Part shown: positions 24,457 to 35,599 of the stretch, in pieces
How positions within the stretch are numbered: the stretch's first letter is position 1
Layout of the letters: each line of letters starts with the position of its first letter
DNA from: Camelus ferus
Lineage: Eukaryota
DNA length: 64,000 nt
Reading direction: 5' to 3'
Assembly: GCF_009834535.1 (NCBI RefSeq)
Contig: NC_045696.1
Coordinates: 25,112,001-25,176,000, forward strand
Notes under the pieces: model-generated
What the model was told of the DNA's origin: nothing
The model's database searches: none
The model's input: the letters and a program-made list of their open reading frames with translations, nothing else
Translations under genes and position numbers: made by a program

Positions 24457-27400
24457 CTCAGTATCATCTCACACTTAGAGAGAACAAAGCTCTTGCTCCC
24501 ATGCTAGCCAGGTAGCCTTAGAATAAGCCTGTGGGTCTTCTGTTTCTATCCATTACAGTGATCTGCCATTGCTCACAATGGTTATATTCAGAACAGGAAA
24601 ACCCCTTTTGAGAACATGTGGCACTTTCCAGCACATAAAAAGCTTAAGTCATTCTCTTTCCTGAAAAGACCCCACATGTGATTATACTTTGCAGTTATCT
24701 TTCCTCTCTCCACCCAAAAGGGCAAAGTAATGCAGCTGTTCCAACTGGAATGTTAGCTACAAAGCAACACAAGGGCAGTGATTCTCTCTCTCTTTTACTC
24801 TCGCTGATTGAATCAATTAATAGATAAATGCTTTGTCAAAAAAAAAAAAAAAAAAGACTTCACTGAATATGTAGTTTCCTAACCAGTCTGATAACTGCAT
24901 ACTTCTCAGAACCATCACAGACAGTGGTCTTATTACCTATATCCTGAGTCACTTTGGAAAAGCACATTCCCACCCACTCCATCTGTAACCTGCCATGATG
25001 AGCTGAGAACTCATTAAGGGCCTCCCATGCTATCCAACCGTGACATTGTATTCATAGCTCTCTTTGCCTTTCCTTTCTTTCTTCATAAAAGCTCCAGGAA
25101 TATAATTCAATATTTTATTTCCAGATATTTTCCTGTCTCTTGGGAGTTCTCTTTTCCAAAGAAAATAAATTTTAACTATTCTGTACCTTGATGGTTAAAG
25201 TGATTTTTTTTTACCCCATTGTCTTTAGGAATTTGGTGAAATATATTACCGTTCTTATAGTGGACAGATTGCCAAAATTTCAGAATGCACACATGATTCT
25301 TATATTAAAAAATTAATAATCTGGGGAAATTGTTTCTATCCCCCTCTTCTTATCAAACCTTGAATCTCAAAAATCTAAATGATACTGCCAATTATTCCTA
25401 GGTTATGGGCTTATTCATCTGTTTTCTTCTTGAGAAACCTTCTTTCATGTCACTTCTCACCTGTAGATAATGTATCTGTTGAATTATAATGAAGCTATGG
25501 ATATGAAATTTCAGTGTAACATTCTTAAGGGTATAATTTTCCTTTCAGAAGAACTCCTTACTCTAGACAATATTTTGGGTATTTAATCCCTTCAGAATTA
25601 GAAAAATTCAAATTAGATTATTCTTAGTCCAGAAGCAAAATAAATTGTCAAATAATTTTTAAAATATAACAAATATTCATATGATCAAGATTTTACAAAT
25701 CATTTTTGCACATCTATTTTTTCTAGTTTTATAGTGAAATACTGCTAAATTTTATAAAATAGTATTTTTGTGGCTTTATTTTATATTTAGCAGGCAAAAT
25801 TATATGTCATTGAAAACTCTAAAATGTAAATGGATTTTTTCTAAATGATAGAGTATTTTAAAAATAAATTTTCAGTAGACTGAAATTTGCTGTCGAATTA
25901 ATGTATGTTCAGCATGAAACTGTCGACACAATTAACTTGTATTAATCTTTAGTGGAATGATGTCCACAAATATATTCAGTGCCATATGTTTTCTGGGTTG
26001 CTATATTCATAGAATTAAAAATAAATGAGAGATAAAAAGATGAGAAATAATACATTTTATTAACTCCTGATGTAAAACAACATGAATTATTAAAGACTTA
26101 TACAATTATTCTTCATTATGTCCAATAAATAAATGTAAGGAAAAGGTTTTAATGAAGATTAACAGAGGCCCAAAGCAGCTGAATTCTAAACATGAGTCTG
26201 AAAATCATCTTTACAATAGTGGTAAATGTGAAGTTCAATTTGTGTAAAAATCTTGGGTTATGATTTAGGATTAAACCAAGAAAAATTATCAAGATTATTA
26301 TGTTGAGATTTCACTGAAGGCAGATGCTTTTGTGTTGAGGTCTTAGACATTGTCGTTAAAAGGACATGCAAACCTTTGCAGAGAGCATGCTTCCCAGCAA
26401 ATGTGTGACCAGACTTTCAACACCTGTCTGTTATATGTTGATCTCATCTTCAAAATCATGGCAAACAATGGGAACTAAAACAGAATTAAAAATATTACGA
26501 TTGAGTCATGGGAGTATCAGAATATTTGAGGTTCAGAATTATATTTTGCACCATTTTAAAATTAACAGATGCTTATGAAGGTTGAAATAAAAGTGTGAAA
26601 TTGGAAATAAGGATATAATTATAGACAAGTCACAAAAAGACTAATATTTAAAAAAATTTGGTCTAAGCTTTTTCCCTAGAGAATCATCTTTGTTGTTACT
26701 GAGGTATTTCATTAATCAAGAAAGGCTTTATGTTTTAAATTCTTTTTGTGTTATGCTCAATCAGAATGACACTTCTGCAGTTATTGTAACCAGGGAAGAA
26801 CCAATGCTTTTTTTATCTTTTATTATCGGTGAGTCTTTGGGAGGTAGTATCTAACCCCTCCTGCCTCTGCACTCTCTCCTCACCACTTCCATTTGCTTGA
26901 GGGATAACACTGCTCTACTGCTAATACACTGCAAACGTGAGATAGAGGACTTCACAACTGGCTGACACACATGCATTTGCACACATATACACACGCACTC
27001 ACCCCTTGAATAATGAAGACCTTCATTTATGAGAAGTAGGGAGAGTAGGTACTAATAAAGCGACATCCACCGTGTATTCTGCTCTCTTTTGTAGTCTCCA
27101 AGCCTAGTTTGAGGGTAGCGTTGATATTAATGTTTATAAATTACTTGCTTTAATTGTTAAGTGATAGCAACACATTGCAAAAAAAAAGCAAGGAAGAGAA
27201 ATTGAGAGGATGTTTAAAGGGATACAAAAGAATCGACTCTGCGATTCAACTGTTGTTTATTTCTTTATGATCATTAATTTCAGGTATTTTTAAAATTCTA
27301 GTAATTTTATACACTTTTCTAACCTGCAATTTCTAAGTTGCTACTTGATTTTCATTATTTTTAAATTTGTTACAATAAATTGAATAAGTATCATAACTTA

Positions 27401-27999
27401 CCTGACCATTCCTCTATCATGGACCATCATAAAATTCTAGAATTATCCTCTTTTAAAGATTACTTACTTTAGGCAAATATAACAATGTTTAATTGCTAGG
27501 TCTAATCCATGCACAAATATTTCAGCCTCTTAATACATATTGCCAAATTGCCATCCACAGTGGTGTTGCTGATTTTTAATAGGAAAGTTGGACCATCTTC
27601 CTTTTCATAACTCAATAATCCATTTTCTTTGGCTGAATGTAAATGGCTCTGAACAATGAGCTAAGGGTACTTTATTTGATTAATTGCTTAACATTTTTCT
27701 TCCTATAAAAAAAGGTATAAGTTTTAATTTAAGGTAAATTTTAAAGAAACTTTGTATCCAGATGAAATTATCTTGGAGCCCAAGTACTTTGTAAACATTT
27801 AAACTTTAAGTGTTTGATGACTTTTCATGAAAAAATCCATTTATTCTTCTAGTGATACCCAGGGTATTAATTTCATGATTACTAGTAGAATAAATGCATT
27901 CTATCCAAGAAGAATTAGCATCATATTTTTGTGGTGATTAGTTACAACCTTTCTGTGAAGGAGTAATATTAATAAAAATAATATTATTCATAATAGCAA

Positions 28000-28250
28000 T
28001 GATATCAACATCGATTAATATTTAATGACTGCTTAGAACATGTCAGAATGTTTATTAAATTTTTTAAATGCATTATTTTATGGACCTCACAGCAGCTCTT
28101 AAGATGATAATAACAGTATTTTTAAAAATGAGGAAATTGATCATTAAAGTGTTTAAGTGATCTGGCCAAGGTCACCCAGCTGGTAAGAGATCAAGTTGGA
28201 GTTAAGACCCAGATAAACTGGACCCCAAAGCCCATATTATTTTCACTTTA
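28000..28250 (-). mobile_element. MIR SINE
   Basis: AAATGAGGAAATTGA...TTTAAGTGATCTGGCCAAGGTCACCCAGCTGGTAAG. Confidence 0.8.
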
Positions 28251-28454
28251 TTACACTAAAAATTCACATTTTAGATTCTGACAAGATTAAGGGACTTGAT
28301 TAGTGTATTCTTGGAAAAATAATTACACAGGCAGTATCGAGCTTTATAAAACCATACCATGGTCATTCATGAGTGCTATCACAGATACTGAAATGTCTGA
28401 AAGAAAATTTCTTGGGCACGAGGAGTGTGACACTCCTCCTTGGTAAGCCTTGCT

Positions 28455-28662
28455 GTCATGTGACTGTTCAAGATGACTTTCAGTTCAGTGAGGTTATGAA
28501 TTAGGGGAGTTTCTGGATTTTAATCAAATGGATTTGAAATGACTCACTGAACATGACTCAAGCTTGTGTGGAACTAGTACGCTGGTACGTCATGCCTCCA
28601 GCGAAGAGTCAGTGTACATTTTCAAAGACTGCTGTTCCTGAACTGATAAGCGGATCTTCCGG
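28455..28662. promoter_or_regulatory. Candidate enhancer motif cluster (M-box/CLEAR, 2x AP-1, CRE-like, GATA, ETS)
   Basis: GTCATGTGAC 28455-28464, TGACTCA 28540-28546 and 28554-28560, TACGTCA 28586-28592, TGATAA 28644-28649, CTTCCGG 28656-28662. Motif evidence only. Confidence 0.4.
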
Positions 28663-29294
28663 ATGACCCTTCTGCACTTAACCCACTTGTGAAACAGTCT
28701 CTGCCCATGTGTTATGAACCGCCATCATATTAGGAGGTGGCTTTTGGAGTTGCCTGCTGTATAATGATGGGCTACTACAAATACTAATATTGGAAGCCTT
28801 AAATGTGATCTCTACATGCTACGTTTGTTAGCCAGTAGTCCTCAAAAGTTGACTTATAATTCAAGAGTTTTTAAGGATGCCATTTTGGAAGAAAAGATTT
28901 CTCTGAAATAGTGATAAATTTGATCTTTAAGGAAAATTCTTATGATTATAAAACAACTTTTAATAAATCACTATAGAATGTAAAGAATAACAACATAAAG
29001 TTTGAATTGTCACTTTCTTAGAAATGCCATTTGTGGGGCACTAATATACTCTGTTTACTCCAAGTTCCTAACATTAGCATTTCTATTTCTAGTAAATCCC
29101 CTTCTTTTACACAATTATAGGCAGCTTTCAGGAGAAAAAAATAAGTGTGATAACAGCAGTGGAGAACAATTCAAATCCACTTTGTGTAATGCAGTGATTA
29201 GTTCTGCCTTTTTTATTTCTTGCATTTCAGTCATTTAAAGTGTTTTCATCCTCACCACTATGAGAGGATTCTCAAACTAACTTTGCCGATGAAG

Positions 29295-29480
29295 ATTTGG
29301 ATTCAAACCTAGTCTCCACTGTTTACTCACTGTGTTAGTTGGAAAATCCGTGTTTTCATCCCCAGCTGTTTGATGTATAAATCTGGTGTAAAAATAGGTC
29401 CCTCCATATGATTATTATGAGATGCAAATGCAATCACATATGTAAAGTATTTAGCAAAGTGAATACAATTCTCAGTATCA
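29295..29480 (+). mobile_element. MIR SINE
   Basis: GGATTCAAACCTAGTCTCCACTGTTTACT...ATTATGAGATGCAAATG...TATGTAAAGTATTTAGCA. Confidence 0.7.
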
Positions 29481-29884
29481 TTAATATTAGTATATCTAGC
29501 ACTGTTCTAGAAAATTTTAAATTAATAACAAATCTTGATTGTTCCCCGAATGCCCTGAGAAGCAGCTCTAATGCAATTCAGTGCTTCTGGTCTTGTGTCT
29601 GTTAATTCGGCCCCATGGACACCTTGAACCTCAGTTTCAGCAGCGATCAGTGATAACAGCCAATCTCTTTGAGAGGCCCCCAAGGACCACAAAATTGGAT
29701 TTCAAGTATGCTACACCACTTAGATTTCAAAGTATGTGTTCCCAAATGCCTCCAAATTTGTTGGAAACTCACACAACGTTTAACATAGACTTTTTTAAAG
29801 GTCATGAATGTATATCCCATTTAAATGATAACTGTTAACTGGTTTTAACCAAGACCCACAAATAAGTAGTGTCAGAGCCAAGTG

Positions 29885-30070
29885 TAGACTTTAGAGAAGC
29901 AGAAAGCAACTTTAGTTCAAATTCTAGCTCCACCCCTCACTTAGTCTGTGAACTTGGGTCAGTTACTTAATGTCTCTGTGCCTATCTACCCTCGTATAAT
30001 GCCTCAAAAGAGTATTTCTAGGATTAAATGAGTAGGTTTTATATTAAATTTGTAGAACAAAAGTTCCAGG
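29885..30070 (+). mobile_element. MIR SINE
   Basis: GTTCAAATTCTAGCTCCACC...GTGAACTTGGGTCAGTTACTTAATGTCTCTGTGCCT...GGATTAAATGAG. Confidence 0.8.
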
Positions 30071-32280
30071 TGCAAGAACTATGTGTGTGTTTGCCGTTTT
30101 TTCTGATCTTCGGTTAAGTATTCCTTCTAGTTCCCTCTCCTTGTAGGTGCTCATGATAGATTCCTTAGTCAGTGGGACAAAAAGAATTAACGTGGATCAG
30201 CTTCCATGTCACTTGTCACACCCTTTCTACATGTATTCCACTGACTAGTAGCATACCACTTCAGAGATATTAATGTCCATATTTTCCTGCTGTAGACTTA
30301 GAGGATGAGAGCCAGGAGGTAAAAACCTAGATATTTTCAGTTCCTAAGTTCATTCTATGTTCATGACTTTAAGTCAATGCCACACAGAAGATTTTGGGCA
30401 TCACTATTTTTATAAACATCTGAGTTTCTCAGGTCTTAATCCTTCCATTACCAGATTTGAACACTCACAAATCAGATGCTAGCATTTACTTGACCTTGAA
30501 TTTCTCTGATACCACAGACATTTGCACAACATCTGTGAACTCTTTTAAAACAGTCTTGCAAATGTCATACTGTTACCAGCCATAAGTTTCTACTAAGTTC
30601 ATTGTGGGTGTGCGCATGTACACGTGAGCCCAGCTCTTTTCTCACCCTTAATTTGGCTGCTTTTATTTTTCTCTTTGATTTGAGTAACATGTGAATTTAG
30701 TGAAAATTTAAAAAGCAGATGCTTCTACTTCAGATATTAAAGTGTAGCCCTCAAGAAATCGTCCTCGCTAGTAGATTTTTCCTGTGAGCCTGAGGCTTAT
30801 GCCAGTACTCAAAAAACTGAGAAGAGGAATGGGTTCTAAAATATTACGAGCTAATGAACTACTTTAAAATGCTGCATTTAGAAACTACTTATTTGCAATG
30901 TTTAAGAATAATTGGCAGTATACTAAAACTTAAAAAAAAAAAAAAACTAGTGTAGGATAAGAAATATAGGTAGATGGACATTGAGATGAATTCCTAAAAT
31001 GCACAGAGAAACACCGCAAGTAAGATCTAATGTCACAGCACATTTCATGTACAGTGAAATCCATTCTGGGAAGCATCTGCTCATTTGTTAGTTTATTTGT
31101 TATGAGAATAATGTCATACAAGTTTTTAGTCCATTATTATGGCTATTTTAACAAACAGTGAAGTTAAAGGCACTGCCTAAAAGAATTGACCTTTTTCAAG
31201 TGTGATCTTAACTCATTCGAGAATATGTAAAATCTGTTTAATCTAACTAGGGTAAAACATGTACGTGATTATAGAATGCTTATGGTTGTTGTTCCCAAAC
31301 AGAAGTTATAGGACACTGGGTTCAACAAGAACACCTCTGTGGGTGCCACTGAAAATCAGTCAGTAATGGTGAGTATTTGGTACTTACGTAAACTGGGCAA
31401 ACAGCCAAGCACTTTGTTTCACTAGCATGTCTGTTCTTACTTCAAATAAAAAATTTTGTGTTCTGTGATTAAAGTGCTTTGTTTCCCTCTTCTACTAGTT
31501 CCGTAATAGTCATCATATAACAAACATAGATGGACTAGGTTTTGCAGTTCAATAGTAAGCAAATTCTGTGTTCCCTGCTCTCCCAAAGCTTATATTCTAG
31601 TGAGAGAGACAGATGTTAATGGGAAAGGTCTCTAACACATTTTAAATGAGAACCATGATACACACTTCATAAATTTCATACATATGTTTGATAAATAAAT
31701 TTCATCCTAAAAGATAGATGCGACATAGTCTTATTGGCCAAGGAAAGAGTTTCCCTGAGACCTGGAAGAAGGGCAGCAAGAAACAGCAAATTTTTTTATT
31801 TTATAAAAATTAATAAACAGAAAACTGGATAACATTATTTTTAACATTGTACTATTGCAGGGGAGTAGAGAGGAGAGAGACAGAGAATCAGTTCCCAGCT
31901 GCAGGGAAGATGGCGTACTGCTTGAAGACTCCTCCAGCAAACTTTACCCCTTATTTGCAGCAGTGTTTCCCAACCGTGATCTGTTACGTTCCCCTATGTA
32001 CAGGATGGAAAAGGCTCACGGGAGAGTTATACTCAGTTTGGGGTTTTAAGAAGATGTGTATCAAAATCCTGGTTTGTCTGTCAGTGTTGGGGGAGAATCC
32101 TGTCGCTTGAAAGAGCCCCTTCAGCTATTTAATATGGAAAGATCATGCACTTCCCCAAATCAGGAAGACGGACTAAAATGTAACGGAAATGGACATCATT
32201 TCCTTTTTCCTCCAAGATTTTGAGATGAGGAAGCATGGTAAAACTTGAAAACACTAAGAACCGTGGTGAACCTCTCTCAC

Positions 32281-32318
32281 TGCTGAGTCACACTTGGCCC
32301 AGGCAGTTACGTGACGCA
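32281..32318. promoter_or_regulatory. Candidate ARE/MARE (TGCTGAGTCAC) plus overlapping HRE/PAR-bZIP/CRE-like site (TTACGTGACGCA)
   Basis: Exact motifs at 32281-32291 and 32307-32318 in unique, locally CpG-retaining sequence. Confidence 0.4.
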
Positions 32319-33999
32319 CAGCGAGACTGTAGGAAAGAAGGAAACACTCCACGTCTTCATCTCTAGTAAGTTTATTTGCCTGTTTCTCTAAACCCTTCCC
32401 ACCTAAAATTATATGTGTTTCTGAAAAAAAAAAAAGGAACTCTTTTCTAATCTTAGCGAGGAGAATTTATGATGTATTTAAAACAGATGTCAAGTACAAA
32501 TACTATTGCTTGCATCGTCACACATATTTCTAGCACTACCATCAATAACTACAGTATTATCAAAACGGGCACCATTTAACAGAAAAGTCTGTGCCAGTTT
32601 CTGTGCCATGTGGTGAATGCCGAGTTTCTTTGCTCTTTCAAAATATAGGGCAAAAACTGTTTTTGTTATCAAACTTTCTTTGCGTGGAAAATCATCTATC
32701 TATTGGCAAAATGAAGGAGAATCTCCTTCAGGTGCTTTTTTTTTTTAAGCATCTGCTCTTAGGAAATGAATGCAATATGGGGATGTAGTGGCTAGGGAGA
32801 GAAAAATAATGTATATAAATTGTTTCTCACCATGTGCACCTGAACAAAATGAACCATGTTAAATTGCTTATGTAAAGTAGGCAGACTGTTTCCATTCATG
32901 AATAAATAGCACTTATAACATCGCTGTTCTAAAGGTAATAAATGAACTTGCTATTGGTTTATGCACCAAATCAATTTTGAATGGGTCAAATGAACTAGAT
33001 ATTGCACTATTATAATGGCTTGTTCGTTCTTCAGTTCAAACAGAAACAATAGATAAAACATTTTGAATTGTGAATAACTTTTATAAAATTTTTTGTTGAT
33101 TATATTTCACTCAGTTAACAAAAATGTCTTGATCTTTATGGCCAGAATGCCAGTAAGATTACAAATATTCCTAAATTTTTTCACCAACTCATCCAAATTA
33201 CTAAAATTTAAGACTATCTTGTTAGAATTTTAAGTTAATTAATATATATGATGGGTTAGTGACCCAATAGAATATTAAGTTCTCATATAATTATTAAGAC
33301 CATTCATAGGTATTCAGAGGCAAGCTTAGGGTTAATGTTCTAACAGTTCTAACAGGCATTTGGACTTTTAACATTTACAAAATGTCATATTACCATGGAA
33401 AAATGGTATTCAAAATAGGAGCCAACTTTATTTTGCATAGGTCTACTCTCTGAGAATCCTGAGTAGATACCATTACTCATAGTCTTAGCACAGAAGAGGG
33501 TTTTAAAGACCATGTATGTCCTACTTGTTTTTTCTTTACTTTTTCCTTAATACTGATGTATCATTGTCAGATCTCATCACTAATGCTCCTTATCACATAT
33601 TTGAGTGGTGACACAAGATTCAAACTTACGTTCCCAGAATTCCATAGTCCTTATTATCATGCTATGTAATCTGCTTCTCCTGGCATTAAAACACGTGACT
33701 GTTACTTAGTAAGTGTGACTCAGTTACATCTATAGGTCATTTTTTTATGTGGGTTAAAGTACTATATTCATATACAGATTTTAACATACTTTTAAATTCT
33801 CATTTGGACTACTTAGTTTGATTAATGAATTGGTTTAATGTTTCTTTTCCCTCTCATGATTCTATCATGGCAAGGACCATTATATCCTAAGAACTTAGCC
33901 ACATATTAGTCATAAAGGAAATATTCTTTATACTTGCAGGATGACAATTTCTACCTATTCTGCATCTCCCAAACAAAATATCTCATTCATTTGAACCTC

Positions 34000-34235
34000 T
34001 GGAGAAATTTTTATAATACTTCCCCTAAGGTATGTGAAGTATTGTATGATTTCCCTCTGCAAGTATATGCTTCCTCCACTCATTCTGTTTTTTTCATGCA
34101 CCATCCAAACCAGAGCAATACTCACCTGAAATATTAAAACTTAACTCTCTGACACTGTGTCTTATTTTTTTGTGCCTGATAGCAAGCACCTACCAGATCC
34201 ATAGTGACACAGTAAATACCCTAAACTTCTTTGAG
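34000..34235 (+). mobile_element. L2 3'-end fragment
   Basis: GACACTGTGTCTTATT...GCACCTACCAG...CATAGTGACACAGTAAATA. Confidence 0.5.
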
Positions 34236-35119
34236 GAGTCAGATTGAAGAGAGTGTATCAGTGACAGATGAGATGGGCAAGGATAAGATGGAACATCTTA
34301 ATATGTAAAATTTGTATTCCAAGGACAAAAGGGAAGCAATGAATTTCTTGCAACTCAAAGTGGACAATGGCGTTTCCTCTGCTAAGGGTCAAGCATACCA
34401 CTGATGAGAGTAACAATTTCACAATCAAGGGAACAGAGTATATAGGTAGAATTATTCCCCCAGTCATAGTAATTTGGATTATTACTGTCTTTAATATATT
34501 GGTTTACACTTACCTTTCTGTGTTCAGTTTTTAGCTTCAGCATAACCAAGTAATATTATTCAGTAGTCAGAAAGGAGGAGGAAAATAATTGTTTAACTGT
34601 AAAAAGCAGAGCATCTGTTTGATTCATTTCTAAATTTCTTGTAATCAGGGAAAATAATTACAGTATTCTGTTCTAAAAATGGTACAGGAATGATTATTAA
34701 GCAGATGTATGGCTATTTGTTATTGAGTTTGGACAATTTCATTTATAAACGAATGTCTTAATGTAACAGCTCTGAATCAAACCTACACCATCTGTGTTAG
34801 TTAAAAAAGCTTATTTGGGACATGTGCTGCCTACAGTACTGAAACAATTCTTTTGTTTTGCTCACGATTGGAGATGTTGTTCTGTGTAATTGGAACCTGG
34901 CATTTTACTCTTCATTTACCCTGGGGAAAATCTCATCTGAATAGTTATTCTTGTTATCCACAGATAATTCACTGAGAGACATACAATGTTCTGTGGTAAA
35001 TTATTTAAAACATTCGTGTCGTGAATACTAAGGTATTTGTCTCACAGAACTCTAGCGCCAGCAGGTCTCTTAGTGGCAGATTACCTCTAAAATGTGGCTA
35101 AGTCCACAGCTAACTAGAT

Positions 35120-35340
35120 CCTCTAGTTTCAGAATATGAGTTGAATATTTGGTAGCTGTATGTAAGATGAAGGAGTTATTTAACTCTCTGTGCTTCAGTT
35201 TATTTTCCTTTAAATTAGGCATAATAATAATTTTTACCCTCATAGAATTGATGTGAGGATTAAACATTAATGCATGGAAAACACATATAATCTTATATAT
35301 TCCATTGTAAGCAATACATAAATAACATTAACTATTATTT
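35120..35340 (+). mobile_element. MIR SINE
   Basis: GTTATTTAACTCTCTGTGCTTCAGTTT...TAAATTAGGCATAATAATA...GTGAGGATTAAA. Confidence 0.8.
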
Positions 35341-35599
35341 TCTAGTTCAACTTTCTCATTTCACATATGATGTAAAAAAGACTTTGATGCTTTGAAAGGT
35401 ATTGATGACTAATGTAAACAAACAAACAAAAAACAAAACCAAATTTGGAATCAATCAACTGAATTTAAATTCAATTTCTCCCCTTCCTAGCTGTGTAACT
35501 ATGTGGCTTGTGTACTGTAAATGTTACCAAATGTAAAATAAGGGAAGGGATACTATATTCTTAGGAGGTGATTTATGGATTGTGCCTGGGAAGATATTT

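Noticed and set aside
31847..32110. Short overlapping ORFs after TTGCAG
   Set aside because: No recognisable homology and no convincing matching donor; treated as non-coding regulatory context.
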